Numbered from the stretch's first letter, positions 24,878-35,628 are shown. The stretch is 64,000 bases of DNA from Candidatus Latescibacterota bacterium (GCA_965261395.1 OZ253462.1:96001-160000), one strand, 5' to 3'. The notes: generated by a model from the sequence alone, not told the origin. Program-made: numbers and translations.

Positions 24878-26143
24878 TCACATTATATACCGAATGGCTT
24901 CTACGGGCATCAACCCAGCGGCCTTGCGCGCCGGATAAATCGACGTCGCCAAACAAATGACCATGCTAATCGCCGCCACCAAGGCAAAGTCCACAACACT
25001 CATATCCACGGGCAACGAACTGATGAAATACATGTCGCCGGGAATGGAAATCAGGGCAAAGCGCTGTTGGGCCCAGCACAGCGCAAAGCCGATCAAGCAG
25101 CCCAAGAAGGTGCCAATGCCGCCAATGACCAAGCCCTGATAGACAAAGATGCGATAAATCTCGCCCACGGTGCAACCGATCGTCCGCAAGATGCCGATCT
25201 CGGGCGTTTTGATCAGCACCGACATGACCAAGATCGACATGATGTTAAAGGCCGCGACCAGCACGATGAGACTCAGCGCGAGGAAGATCGCCCATTTTTC
25301 CAACTCGATCCAGCGGAAGAACTCGGGAAAAAGCTGAGTCCAATCGCGCACCTGATAGGGATAACCCAACTCCCCGGCCAAGCGGTCGCGGATCGCAGGC
25401 GCTTGGTAGATGTCTGCGACGCGGATGTGGATGTCGGTAATCGCATCGCCCAATTCGAGCATGCGCTGGGCGTCTTCTATATGAATAAAAGCATAGTTGT
25501 CATCGTACTGGTACATGCCGCTTTCAAAGTGATCGGTGACAAAAAAAGACCACGGGCGAGGCGAGAAGCCGTCCATTACGGCTGCTTCCACATCGAGATT
25601 CTGCACCGTCATCAGCAATACCTCAGAACCCGGCCCCACGTGCAAGCGCCGCGCCAAGTATTCGCCGAGGACAATCCCCCGCTTGTTTAGCTCTGCAAGC
25701 AAGCCGAGGCGTAGCTGTCCTGCTGGATTGGCGTAGCGCAGGTGTTCGGTCAGGTCGGAAACCGCCGGAAAGGTCGCCGGATCAATGCCCCACACGGGAA
25801 TGCCATCGACCCGGCCCAAGTCGAGCTGCGAGGCAACAATGACCTTGGAGTCCACCACCGGCGCCGCGCCCACTACCCCGGCAGACCCTTTCACCTGCTG
25901 CAACAGCGCGTCCCAGTCCGCAATGGGGCCGCCGTCGAAGCGGCGAATGTTGACATGGGCGTTCATACCGATCAGCCGATTTTTGACTTCGCCGGCAAAA
26001 CCATTCGTCACCGAGAGGATTATTACCAAAGCCGCTACCCCCAAGATCACTCCACCAACGGCCATATAAGCGATGACCGAGAAGAAACCCTCGCGCTGTT
26101 TGGAGCGCAGGTAGCGGCAGGCGACAAACAAAGCGATGCTCAC
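24878..26143 (-). CDS. Lipoprotein-releasing ABC permease LolC/E
   Basis: RYLRSK, GVILGVAALVIILSVTNGF, LVAAFNI, EIGILRTIG, IYPARKAA; GTG start overlapping the prfB stop. Confidence 0.92.
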   Translation of the reverse strand: MSIALFVACRYLRSKQREGFFSVIAYMAVGGVILGVAALVIILSVTNGFAGEVKNRLIGMNAHVNIRRFDGGPIADWDALLQQVKGSAGVVGAAPVVDSKVIVASQLDLGRVDGIPVWGIDPATFPAVSDLTEHLRYANPAGQLRLGLLAELNKRGIVLGEYLARRLHVGPGSEVLLMTVQNLDVEAAVMDGFSPRPWSFFVTDHFESGMYQYDDNYAFIHIEDAQRMLELGDAITDIHIRVADIYQAPAIRDRLAGELGYPYQVRDWTQLFPEFFRWIELEKWAIFLALSLIVLVAAFNIMSILVMSVLIKTPEIGILRTIGCTVGEIYRIFVYQGLVIGGIGTFLGCLIGFALCWAQQRFALISIPGDMYFISSLPVDMSVVDFALVAAISMVICLATSIYPARKAAGLMPVEAIRYIM

Positions 26144-27235
26144 GCTTGTCCCTCGGTCAAATAGGCTCGGATGAAGCGGTCGATGTCTCCGTCCATTACC
26201 GCTTGGACATTGGCCGTTTCGCAAGCGGTGCGGTGGTCCTTGACTATGGTGTATGGATGGAGCACGTAGGAGCGGATCTGCGACCCGAAGTCAATGCTCT
26301 TCTTGGTGCTCTCCACCGCGAGCTGTTGCTGCTGCTGTTCGTCCTTGAGGTGCTGGTATAAACGCGCCTTCAGCACCTTAAACGCCGTGGCCTTGTTCTT
26401 GAACTGCGAGCGCTCGTTTTGGCACTGGACGACAATGCCAGTGGGCAGATGCGTGACCCGCACGGCCGAGGCGGTCTTGTTCACGTGTTGGCCGCCCGCG
26501 CCCCCGGAACGATAGGTCTCGACCTTCACGTCCTCGTCGTTGAGATCAACCTCGATATCGTCTTCGACTTCTGGATAGACAAAAACCGAGGCAAACGAAG
26601 TGTGCCGGCGGTGACTCGTATCAAACGGCGAAAGCCGCACCAAGCGATGAACTCCGGCCTCGGCCTTGAGGTAGCCATACGCATAATCTCCCCTAACCTC
26701 AATGGTTGCGCCCTTGATGCCAGCTTCCTCGGCCTGCTGCAGATCCACGACGGCGCACTCCATGCCGCGGCGCTCGGTCCAGCGCGTGTACAGGCGCATC
26801 AGCATCGACGCCCATTCGGCTGCGTCCGTGCCCCCTGCCCCCGAGTGAATGACCAAAATTGCGTTCTTGGGGTCGTCCTCTTCGCTGAGCATCGTGCGAA
26901 ACTCCAATTCGCCAATGCCCCGCATCGCGTGCTCGACCTCGGCTTCGACCTCGGTCAGCGCCTCTGCATCGCTCTCTTCGGCCGCCATCTGCCGCAGTTG
27001 GTCCAAGTCCTCCAACTGCGCGTCCAAGGTCTCCCAATCCGCGATGGTGTCCTTGAGGATGCGCGCCGCCTTGCCGACGGATTCACCTTGCCGTCGGTCG
27101 CTCCAGAAGTCCGCGCCGGCCATGCGCTTTTCTAGCGAGGCCAGCTCTTCCTTCTTACCACTTATGTCAAAGATACCCTCTCAGCCGCTCTAGCTGCTGT
27201 CGCCCGCTTGCCAACTGTTCCTCAATCGTGGCCAT
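26140..27235 (-). CDS. prfB: Peptide chain release factor 2 with programmed +1 frameshift
   Basis: ORF0 MATIEEQLASGRQQLERLRGYL ends at CTT-TGA-C (27172-27166), preceded by SD-like AGAGGG; +1 frame continues DISGKKEEL...; SPF and GGQ motifs. Confidence 0.96.
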
Positions 27236-27749
27236 TGTCGTCTTCCTCGGTTTCGTTATAGCGATCAAAAAGGAGGCTTTCGTGCTTGCGCTCAGAGGGT
27301 ATCTCAAAGAGTAGCTGCCCCTCGTAAACCACGCCCTTGGTCCCCTTGAGCTGGTCGCTGTGTTGAATAAAAAACGGCGATCGCGACAGTGGGTAATACC
27401 GCTGCCCGCGGTCGTCAACGAGTTGAAAACACCGCGGCACAATCGCCCAAGCGAGCTGCAAATTCACCTGCAAACGCACGTCGATGAGCACGAATTTGTG
27501 GCCCTCGTCGGGCGGGCCGTGGAAAAAGTGCATGTAGCGCACCCCATCCGGGGGCACCGTCAAAGTAACTTGGTTGTTGATGTTGGCGAACAGGTTGGTC
27601 AAATTCTCCAGCTTGTCCGCCGATCTGCTCGTCAGGCTCACCCCAATGTAGATTGGCACGAAGAGGGTCACGCCGCCTAGGGCGATGCGGTTGAGCAACC
27701 GCAGGCGTCTGTTTAACTGCTTCTTGCGCTCGCTTGCTGGGATCACCAT
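27222..27749 (-). CDS. Membrane-anchored hypothetical protein, DUF4352-like beta-sandwich
   Basis: One N-terminal TM helix; PDEGHKFVLIDV...FQLVDDRGQRY...GQLLFEIP pattern. Confidence 0.6.
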   Translation of the reverse strand: MVIPASERKKQLNRRLRLLNRIALGGVTLFVPIYIGVSLTSRSADKLENLTNLFANINNQVTLTVPPDGVRYMHFFHGPPDEGHKFVLIDVRLQVNLQLAWAIVPRCFQLVDDRGQRYYPLSRSPFFIQHSDQLKGTKGVVYEGQLLFEIPSERKHESLLFDRYNETEEDDNGHD

Positions 27750-27768
27750 GGCGTCTCCTCAGAGAACC

Positions 27769-29433
27769 CTAGCGCACAAGGGCAATTTTGCCCAAGTGGC
27801 TGCGGTTAGGCGCCCGCAGTTGATAGAAGTAGATCCCGTTGGCCGCGGCCCGGCCCGGCGTCCAGCGCGGGGCGCGGCCCGGCCGGTCGTGGCTCCCCGG
27901 CCACAGGTCCCAACGCTCGGCAAACACCAACCGGCCAGCTACGTCAAAAACCCTCAACTCGACGCGGCCGCGCTCGGCTAGCTGCACCGGGAAATGCACC
28001 TCCCCGTCCCGCGCTGGATTGGGAAAGGGTGCCAACAGACGATCCTCCTTCGGCAGCTCCTCGGCGAGACCACTGGCCGCCAGCGCGTTTATCTGCCCCC
28101 AGCCATACACCGTGTCGGGACCGGCTGCGCCCAAGTCCAGCGCGGTAGAGCGCAAAGCCTCCAGCACTTGGGCCGGTTCCCATTTGGGATGGATTTGCAA
28201 CAACAGGGCGCACACCCCGCTCACCAAGGGCGAGGCAAAGGACGTGCCGCCCCTGCGCACATAACCGCCGCGCCGCAGATCTGCGACCACCACACCGCTG
28301 CCGGGCGCGACCACATCCGGCTTAATGCGGCCATCGGCCGTTGGCCCCCGCGAGCTAAAGGAGGCAATCTGCGGCACGCGCTCATCGCTGCCGGGCACAT
28401 CTACCGCTCCCGCCGCAATCGCGCCGTCGGCGTCTGCTGGGACCGTTATGTAGTGCCAATCCCCGTTGGCCTCATTACCCGCGGCCACCACCACCACGAT
28501 GCCGCGCCGCACCGCCAACGCCGCCGCCACGCTCGTCAGCGCGGTTTCTCCGTCTAGATCCGCCGGCGAGTATCCGGTGCCGTCATCCCACCTATTGTAG
28601 CCCAGTGAACTGTTGACCACCTGTGCCCCCAAGCTGTCCGCCCATTCCAAACCGGCGACCCAGCGATCCTCCTCCGAAGGCATTTCGGGCAAGGTGTCGT
28701 CTAGTTCGGTCTTGGCCAAGATGTACTCGGCGTCGGGCGCCACACCGATAAAGTGATCGGGGTGGTAGCCTGCCAGCAGGGAAAGTACTTGCGCACCGTG
28801 CAAGTTTTGGCTGCCGCTCATTTCGTCGCCCGTGATCGGTTGATCAGCCTCGTCGCCGACTACTTCGTCACCATTGACAAAGTCGCGCTGGGCCACCACG
28901 CGGATTGAATCGAAGGCCGCGTGTTCGGCGTAGTGAAAGCCGTTGTCGAGCAAGGCCACGCGCACCCCAGCGCCTGTGAAACCCCGGTCGTGTAGGGGGG
29001 GAACGGCGATTTGGGCCAACTGCTCAAAGGCGAGGCCATAATGGCTTTGCAGCAACTTGGGGCTGGCAAGCGGCACCGGCGACCGCGGGCTGGGCCGCTG
29101 CAAGCGCTGCACGGGCCGAATTGCGACGACAAAGTCCGCGGCCTGCACTCGGCGCTGCACCTCGGGCGAGACCCGAGCACTGATCGCGTTGAGCCAACGC
29201 GAGGAAAAGCGCACCTCCGCCCCCATCTCCCGCAGGCGCTCGATATAGTGCTGGCTGACGGGCAGGTCCAATTCCGCGTCTGCATGACCGGCCCCCAAAC
29301 CCACCCAAGCGATGCGCTGTCCGTCGGCATCTGTTTTGTCGCGCAACAGAATCCAGATATTCTGATCCGCCGCGACAGCCCAAGCCCCGGCGTGCATCAA
29401 CAGGGCCGCACACCACCACACTCTCTTATTCAA
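27769..29433 (-). CDS. Secreted S8 (subtilisin-like) serine peptidase with T9SS/FlgD-type C-terminal domain
   Basis: Triad LLDNGF / HGAQV / GTSFASP; SSRGPTADGRIKPDV; C-terminal PFPNP...NGIYFYQL...KIALVR. Start approximate (TTG at 29433). Confidence 0.9.
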   Translation of the reverse strand: MNKRVWWCAALLMHAGAWAVAADQNIWILLRDKTDADGQRIAWVGLGAGHADAELDLPVSQHYIERLREMGAEVRFSSRWLNAISARVSPEVQRRVQAADFVVAIRPVQRLQRPSPRSPVPLASPKLLQSHYGLAFEQLAQIAVPPLHDRGFTGAGVRVALLDNGFHYAEHAAFDSIRVVAQRDFVNGDEVVGDEADQPITGDEMSGSQNLHGAQVLSLLAGYHPDHFIGVAPDAEYILAKTELDDTLPEMPSEEDRWVAGLEWADSLGAQVVNSSLGYNRWDDGTGYSPADLDGETALTSVAAALAVRRGIVVVVAAGNEANGDWHYITVPADADGAIAAGAVDVPGSDERVPQIASFSSRGPTADGRIKPDVVAPGSGVVVADLRRGGYVRRGGTSFASPLVSGVCALLLQIHPKWEPAQVLEALRSTALDLGAAGPDTVYGWGQINALAASGLAEELPKEDRLLAPFPNPARDGEVHFPVQLAERGRVELRVFDVAGRLVFAERWDLWPGSHDRPGRAPRWTPGRAAANGIYFYQLRAPNRSHLGKIALVR

Positions 29434-30070
29434 CGGGGGGTTCCCTCGTATCCAGCACCTCCACCCCTTCGGGGACCTCAAAAGAAAAAACCTCGTCGGC
29501 TATCCTCTTGTTGGTGCGGTGATCCCTGAGCACGTACGCGGTGCGATTGCCATTGGCCTCGCGCTGCTCCACTTGCAGCAGAAACCACCTCCTGGGATCC
29601 ACCCAGATCCGCATCTGTTCGACCACAGAGGATTCGTTTTCCGGTGCCATGACCAGCAAATAGCAAGGCCGCCCCCCCAACGCACTCTCCTCCACCGCAA
29701 TGGGCACGTAGCGCTCGGTATAGTCAAAAAACACTTCCCAAGGGGTCTTTATTTCCGCCTCGTATGGGCTGATCACCACTTGGCCGTTGTGCACGACGTA
29801 CGACCAGACGGACTCGCCATCGGCCACTACCACATCGCCTCCTTCCAGCTCGATGCGAAAGCGATTCGGGCGGCGCAAATAGATCCGGCCCTCGCGGCTG
29901 CGGTACTTGTCCAGCACTGCCCAGTAGAATTGCTTTTCAAAGCGGGCTGAAAACGTCTTGTAGCTAGCAAGGCGCTTCTGCACCATAGCGATGATCTGGT
30001 CGCCGCTCTGCCCGAAGGCTGCGCTGGTCGCTAAGCCCACGCAAAGAACAACCCACAACCACAGTCTCAT
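29426..30070 (-). CDS. lolA: Outer-membrane lipoprotein carrier LolA
   Basis: Signal peptide, FSARFEKQ, RPNRFRIE, VVADGESVWSY, FSFEVPEGVEVLD; ftsK-lolA synteny. Confidence 0.9.
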   Translation of the reverse strand: MRLWLWVVLCVGLATSAAFGQSGDQIIAMVQKRLASYKTFSARFEKQFYWAVLDKYRSREGRIYLRRPNRFRIELEGGDVVVADGESVWSYVVHNGQVVISPYEAEIKTPWEVFFDYTERYVPIAVEESALGGRPCYLLVMAPENESSVVEQMRIWVDPRRWFLLQVEQREANGNRTAYVLRDHRTNKRIADEVFSFEVPEGVEVLDTREPPVE

Positions 30071-32355
30071 TCTTCCGCGTACTCCTCTTCCTCGCTTTCG
30101 ACGAGGATCTCGCGCGGCTTCGCCCCAACGATCGGCCCGACGATACCGGCGGCCTCCAGCTCGTCCATCAAACGCGCAGCCCGGGAATAACCCACTTTCA
30201 AGCGCCGCTGCAAAAACGACGTGGAAGCCTGCCGGTGTTCGGCGACTAAGCGCACGGCATCGTCAAAAAGGTCGTCGCGCGCAGCGGAAGCCGCGTTAAT
30301 ATCCGGCTGCTGGGAAAACACCGCAACTTCCTCGGCCTCGTACGGACTCTCCTTCAATGCCTCGACCAAGCGCTCGGTTTCCGCTCCGGAAATAAAGGCT
30401 CCGTGGACGCGGAGGGGCTCGCCTTGGCCGCTCGGCAGAAAGAGCATATCGCCCATCCCCAAGAGCCGCTCGGCCCCGTTGAGATCGAGGATCGTGCGCG
30501 AATCCGTCTTCGACGCCACTTGGAAGGCAATGCGCGAAGGGAAGTTGGCCTTGATTACCCCGGTAATCACGTTTACCGAAGGCCGCTGGGTCGCCAAGAT
30601 GATGTGAATGCCCACCGCGCGCGACTTCTGCGCCAAGCTCATCAGCGAGGTCTCCACATCGGTGGGAGCTGTCAGCATCAAATCGGCGAATTCGTCGATT
30701 ACGATCACGATGTACGCCAGTGGCTTCTCAGGCTCGACGCCGTCTTCTGCGGCCTCGGCTTGGACCTGCGCCAGCTTGGCGTTGTAGTCGGACATATTGC
30801 GCACGCCCAGCTTGGCCAGCTTCTGGTAGCGAGCTTCCATCTCGGCCACAGCCCACTTCAACGCCTCCGCAGCCTTCTTCGGCTCGGTGATAACCGGCAC
30901 CAGCAAGTGCGGTATATCGTTGTACATCATCAATTCGACGACCTTGGGATCGACCATGATAAAGCGCACTTCGTCCGGCGTAGCCTTGAAGAGGATGCTG
31001 CAAATCAGGCTGTTCAGGCACACGCTCTTGCCGGCCCCGGTGGCACCGGCGACCAATAGATGGGGCATTTTGGCCAAATCCGCGGCACACGGCTCGCCCG
31101 CAATGGTCTTGCCCAACGCCATGACCAGCTTGGAATCCGAGCGGCTGAACACCTCGTCTTCGAGGATATCGCGCAAGTACACGGTCTCCCGCTGCTGATT
31201 GGCAATCTCCACCCCAACCACGGATTTGCCCGGCACTGGCGCTTGAATGCGAATGCCCTGCGCGCTCATCACCCGCGCCAGATCGTCCGACAGCGCGGCA
31301 ATGCGATTGACCTTGACCCCCTGACCTGGTTCCACCTCGTAGCGCGTCACCACCGGCCCAGGACTCACCTCCACGACCTGGCAGTCCACGTCGAAATTGC
31401 CCAGCGCATTTTCCAAAATCTTGGCGTTTTCCAGCAAGGTCTCCTTAGAGACATCGCTGTGGCTGGCGGGCACTTCGTCTAGCAACTGGGTGCTGGGGAC
31501 TTCGTAGCGACCACTGGCGGGCGGGCGGGCGGGCTCGGCGGGCTCTTGTTGGCGCGCCGGTGCCGGCACAGCCGCATCTGCAACCGCTGGTTCCTTTTTC
31601 TTTTTGCGCTCGCGCCGCTCAACGCGCGCTGGCTCCTGCACCCGAGGCTCCACTGCGGCAACCTCTTCAACCATTGGCTTCCGAGGGGCCGCATCCGCGA
31701 CCCGAAGCTCTGCGCCGCTCTCGGGTCGCATTTCTCGCACCATGGTGGTTTCATCGCGTTCCCATTTTGCGGCTTTGCCCTTGTGCCTAGCAAGGCGGGG
31801 GAGACGCAGACGCCCGAGCCACCGCCACACCGCCGCCACCCCAGCTCCCAACCACGCCAACATCCGCCAGTTTAGGCCGGGGGTCAAAATCACCGCCACC
31901 ACAAACAGCGCGCTCAGCAACACCGCCGACCCCAACCTCCCTAGATACGGTATGAGAACTTCCAAACTAAGCTGGGTCCCCAGCACGCCGCCCAGCGCGT
32001 ACGCCGTGTGCGGCGAATAGTCGGGCAGGCCCGTAGCGACGCTGATGAGGACGGCCATGAGCAAAAGCGCCACACTGCGGCACACAGCAAGGGCCAACGG
32101 CTGGCAACGTACCCTATTCCAACCCCAGAGCAGCAAGAGCATAGGCCAGACGTACGCGGCCAGTCCCATGCTCGCAAAGGCCCCATACGACGTGTACGCG
32201 CCGATCCACCCCCCCCAATTCAAACTTTCAGTCATCGACCGGCTCGAATTGGGGGGATCGAGCGGCGAATGAGACATCAAGCAGACGAGCAAAAACGCGC
32301 CGAGACCGAGGAAAAGCACCCCTAGCGCTTGGGGTCTCTTCTTGCCTTTTGGCAT
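30067..32355 (-). CDS. ftsK: DNA translocase FtsK
   Basis: 4TM N-terminus, linker, PHLLVAGATGAGKSV, IDEFADLM, ATQRPSV, gamma domain LQRRLKVGYSRAARL. Start uncertain (32355-32412). Confidence 0.95.
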   Translation of the reverse strand: MPKGKKRPQALGVLFLGLGAFLLVCLMSHSPLDPPNSSRSMTESLNWGGWIGAYTSYGAFASMGLAAYVWPMLLLLWGWNRVRCQPLALAVCRSVALLLMAVLISVATGLPDYSPHTAYALGGVLGTQLSLEVLIPYLGRLGSAVLLSALFVVAVILTPGLNWRMLAWLGAGVAAVWRWLGRLRLPRLARHKGKAAKWERDETTMVREMRPESGAELRVADAAPRKPMVEEVAAVEPRVQEPARVERRERKKKKEPAVADAAVPAPARQQEPAEPARPPASGRYEVPSTQLLDEVPASHSDVSKETLLENAKILENALGNFDVDCQVVEVSPGPVVTRYEVEPGQGVKVNRIAALSDDLARVMSAQGIRIQAPVPGKSVVGVEIANQQRETVYLRDILEDEVFSRSDSKLVMALGKTIAGEPCAADLAKMPHLLVAGATGAGKSVCLNSLICSILFKATPDEVRFIMVDPKVVELMMYNDIPHLLVPVITEPKKAAEALKWAVAEMEARYQKLAKLGVRNMSDYNAKLAQVQAEAAEDGVEPEKPLAYIVIVIDEFADLMLTAPTDVETSLMSLAQKSRAVGIHIILATQRPSVNVITGVIKANFPSRIAFQVASKTDSRTILDLNGAERLLGMGDMLFLPSGQGEPLRVHGAFISGAETERLVEALKESPYEAEEVAVFSQQPDINAASAARDDLFDDAVRLVAEHRQASTSFLQRRLKVGYSRAARLMDELEAAGIVGPIVGAKPREILVESEEEEYAEE

Positions 32356-32482
32356 ATAGTGCAAAAACTCGGACATAGAGGCGCAGACTCCTCTAGTAAG
32401 ATTGGAAAGCAATCAGATTGGAGAGGAAGAGGGGGTTACTGAAAAATAAGCAAAAACGCGGTTTTTTGCATCTTGCGGCGCG

Positions 32483-34624
32483 TCAGATCATGCCACTGCG
32501 CTTGCGCCCAAACCACTCAGCGGCCAACAGAGCAATGGCCAAAAGCGCGGGCCATAGCGGCCCCCACAACGGCAGGACCTCGGCCTTCTCGACCCAGCGC
32601 TTGCGCGGCGCGAGCTGTTCCAGCATGTCTTCCCAGTCTTCGAGCGGATAGGCGCGGCCGCCACTGGCACGGGCCAGCCCGCCCAAGAGCAACGGGTCGG
32701 CGCGCAAATCCCCAAGCTCAATGCTGTACTCTTCAACGACAAAGCGGCCCGTAACCGCGCCCACTGCGGCCTGATCTACTGCGGCCCGGACCTCGTATTC
32801 ATACGCGCCGGGGGCCAGCCCACTAGCGACGCCTCGGTAGTACCCGGCTCCTTGTGATTGCAGGTCGAACGCTTCCCGCCCAGCCAGCGCGACCTGCACC
32901 GTTGCCCCCGACTGCGGCTTGAGCAACTCGTCGAAGACCTGTACCGCGAAAACCACTTCCTCGCCCGCCCGGTACACGGGTCGCTCGGTCGAGGCGCGGA
33001 CCCGCCCGCCCGGGGCGTCGAGCGCGAGCCACTGGGTGGCATCGCGCCAGAACGTCCGAATGGTCTGCGGCCGGCCATCGACGCCGCTGCTCATTAGGTC
33101 GAGGCGCCAAAAAGACGCAGACAGAGCAGCGATGACCTTGCCCTCGCCATATGTGCCCGCCGCTATGACCGGCTCGCCGCCTAGGCTCTCTACCAGCACA
33201 GTGGTACCCGACCGCTGCTGCGCTGTGCGAAAGTAGCCCGGCAGCGGCGGCAATCGGGGCCACGGATCATCCACGCCCGCGGGCTGGCGCACAATCGGAT
33301 GACGTCGCCCGCCCGCGCTGAGCCGCAACAAGACCTCGTCCGGTACAAAAGGCACTGGGCCGGCCACCTGAAGCGGCATAAGTGCGGCCAGCGGCGAGGC
33401 GGGCCGCCAAGCCCGTGCCATCTTGGGGCCACCGACCACGAGCAAACCGGCACCGGCGTACACGTGCTGGACCAACGCGGCGGCGGGCGGGCCGTTGAGC
33501 AGCCACGCACCCGGATTCACCAGCAGCACCACGTCCCGGTCCTGCAAAACAGCCGGACTCCATGCACCGCCGTAGAACGCGTTCGACTCCCGCTGAATCA
33601 TGGTCTCGACAACCCAACTCGAATCCGCGCTTAAACTGCGGCGTAAAAAGGCCAAATCCTCGCTAGGGCCTCCGGCTAGCAACAACACCCGCGTGCGCCC
33701 TGCAAGAATGTGGGTAAACGCGAGGGCCTCATTGTCAGCCGTCGCGAACTCCCCGGCCACAGGCGCGACGACCACGCGAAAAATGCGTGGCCCAGCCTGC
33801 TGGGGAGTCACCGCAAACGAGACGCGCTGCACTTGTCCATCGCTGTCCAACAGCAAGGATTGTCTCTGGAGCAACCGCTCGCCCTCGTAGAGCTGGACTT
33901 CCACTCGCTGCCCCTCGTACCCCCAACTCCGCACCTCGGCGTCGATTTGCTGGCTTTGACCGACGTATCCGGTCTCAGGCGTGCGCACGTCCACGAGTTG
34001 GACATCAACGGGCACCTCCGCGCGCCCTACGCCGAGCGCGTACACGGACACGCCCAGTTCCGCACTCAGTTGTACCGGGTCGCGGCCCAAGTTGTGGCCC
34101 CCGTCGGAAAATAGGACCACGCCTTGCACGCGCTCCCGTTCGGCGACCGCCTCCAAGCTGGCGACGAGTGCATGGCCTATATCGGTCGCCTGACCGCGAG
34201 TGCTTGCGGCCGCGACTGTATCGAGCGCGAGCGGATGCGCGGACTCGGCAAATCCCCAAGCGCGGACTTCGGCCTGCTGCAAGCGCGCCGACCAACGCTC
34301 GTCGCCCAGCACGGCCACAGCCTGTTGCAGGCGCGTGAAAGGCCCTTCGGCTACCCTCATGCTTGGGCTCGTATCGACCAATACCAGCACCAGCGGCTGG
34401 ATGACCTGCTGGTGCCACCACGTCAAAACCGGCTCGCACAACACCATGACCAGCAAGGCCACGGCCGCGCCGCGCAAAACCACGAGCACTATTCGGAGCT
34501 TGGGCTCAACGTCCGGGTACGTCCGCTGATATACCCAATAAACGAAGGCCAGTAGGAAGGGTAGCAGGACGAGGAATACGCGGGGTCCCGCTAACTGGAG
34601 GTGGCTATCCGACCACTCAGACAC
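32483..34624 (-). CDS. Membrane-anchored vWA / glutamine-amidotransferase-like domain protein
   Basis: N-terminal TMs, MIDAS-like LVDTSPSM...LFSDGGHN, Ig-like segment, C-terminal LLAAEWFGRKRSG. Confidence 0.75.
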   Translation of the reverse strand: MSEWSDSHLQLAGPRVFLVLLPFLLAFVYWVYQRTYPDVEPKLRIVLVVLRGAAVALLVMVLCEPVLTWWHQQVIQPLVLVLVDTSPSMRVAEGPFTRLQQAVAVLGDERWSARLQQAEVRAWGFAESAHPLALDTVAAASTRGQATDIGHALVASLEAVAERERVQGVVLFSDGGHNLGRDPVQLSAELGVSVYALGVGRAEVPVDVQLVDVRTPETGYVGQSQQIDAEVRSWGYEGQRVEVQLYEGERLLQRQSLLLDSDGQVQRVSFAVTPQQAGPRIFRVVVAPVAGEFATADNEALAFTHILAGRTRVLLLAGGPSEDLAFLRRSLSADSSWVVETMIQRESNAFYGGAWSPAVLQDRDVVLLVNPGAWLLNGPPAAALVQHVYAGAGLLVVGGPKMARAWRPASPLAALMPLQVAGPVPFVPDEVLLRLSAGGRRHPIVRQPAGVDDPWPRLPPLPGYFRTAQQRSGTTVLVESLGGEPVIAAGTYGEGKVIAALSASFWRLDLMSSGVDGRPQTIRTFWRDATQWLALDAPGGRVRASTERPVYRAGEEVVFAVQVFDELLKPQSGATVQVALAGREAFDLQSQGAGYYRGVASGLAPGAYEYEVRAAVDQAAVGAVTGRFVVEEYSIELGDLRADPLLLGGLARASGGRAYPLEDWEDMLEQLAPRKRWVEKAEVLPLWGPLWPALLAIALLAAEWFGRKRSGMI

Positions 34625-35627
34625 GCCAGCTCAGGCGGGGGGCGGCGTCCACATCGAGACCATCGCGGACGCCGCGGCTGAGGTAAAAGGCCCCGACGGC
34701 CCCCACCATGGCGGCATTATCCGTACACAAATCGTACGCCGGGCAATGGAACGACAAACCTCGGCACTCGACCTCGGCGCGCAGGCGCTGGCGCAGACGC
34801 TGGTTGGCGGCAACGCCGCCTGCGAGGCATACGGTCGCAACGTCTGCTCGCTCCAAGGCCAACAGGGTCTTGGTGACTAAGGCATCCACCACGGCTTCTT
34901 GGAAGCTGGCGGCAATATGGGCGAGCTGCTGCGTGCGCGCGGGCGGGGAAAGCGAGCGCACGTAGTGCAACACCGAGGTTTTGAGGCCGCTGAAGCTGAA
35001 GTCCAGCTCGCCCACGAGCGCGCGGGGAAAGTCAATGGCTGCGGGATCGCCGTCCGCAGCCAGTTCGGCGATGAGCCGTCCGCCAGCCACGGCCCCCTCC
35101 CCAGGCAGCAGGCCCAGCAGCTTGGCGACCTTGTCAAATGCCTCGCCGGCCGCGTCGTCGCGCGTGCGGCCCAGCACCTCGTAGGAGCCGAGCTCGCGCA
35201 CCAAGATCAGCTCGCTGTGCCCGCCCGACACCAGCAGCGTCAGAAAGGGGACCTCGACCTGCGCGGCGACCAAGTTGGAAAACACGTGGGCCTCTAAGTG
35301 GTGGACGCCGATCAGCGGCTTGTTGCGCGCCAACGCCAACCCCTTGGCCAGCGACAGCCCCACGATCAACGACCCGACCAAGCCCGGCCCCCGCGTCGCC
35401 GCTACTCCATCCACTTCTTCCCAACCAATGCCCGCACTCGCCAGGGCCTGCCGCACGACCGGCACCAACGCACGCATATGGGCGCGCGAGGCCAACTCGG
35501 GCACCACGCCGCCGTATGGCGCGTGATCTTGTTGCGAAAAGATGATATTGGAATGCACAACGTACGACTCATCGACGACCGCCGCGGCCGTCTCATCGCA
35601 GGAGGTCTCCAGCCCCAGCACCAACAT
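34617..35627 (-). CDS. tsaD: tRNA N6-adenosine threonylcarbamoyltransferase TsaD
   Basis: LGLETSCDETAAA, GGVVPELASRAH, HHLEAH, LLVSGGHS, DDAAGEAFDK, CTDNAAM. Confidence 0.97.
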   Translation of the reverse strand: MLVLGLETSCDETAAAVVDESYVVHSNIIFSQQDHAPYGGVVPELASRAHMRALVPVVRQALASAGIGWEEVDGVAATRGPGLVGSLIVGLSLAKGLALARNKPLIGVHHLEAHVFSNLVAAQVEVPFLTLLVSGGHSELILVRELGSYEVLGRTRDDAAGEAFDKVAKLLGLLPGEGAVAGGRLIAELAADGDPAAIDFPRALVGELDFSFSGLKTSVLHYVRSLSPPARTQQLAHIAASFQEAVVDALVTKTLLALERADVATVCLAGGVAANQRLRQRLRAEVECRGLSFHCPAYDLCTDNAAMVGAVGAFYLSRGVRDGLDVDAAPRLSWRV

Positions 35628-35628
35628 C

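Noticed and set aside
26140-27235. prfB as a frameshifted pseudogene
   Set aside because: The break is the canonical CTT-TGA-C programmed frameshift with an upstream SD-like sequence.
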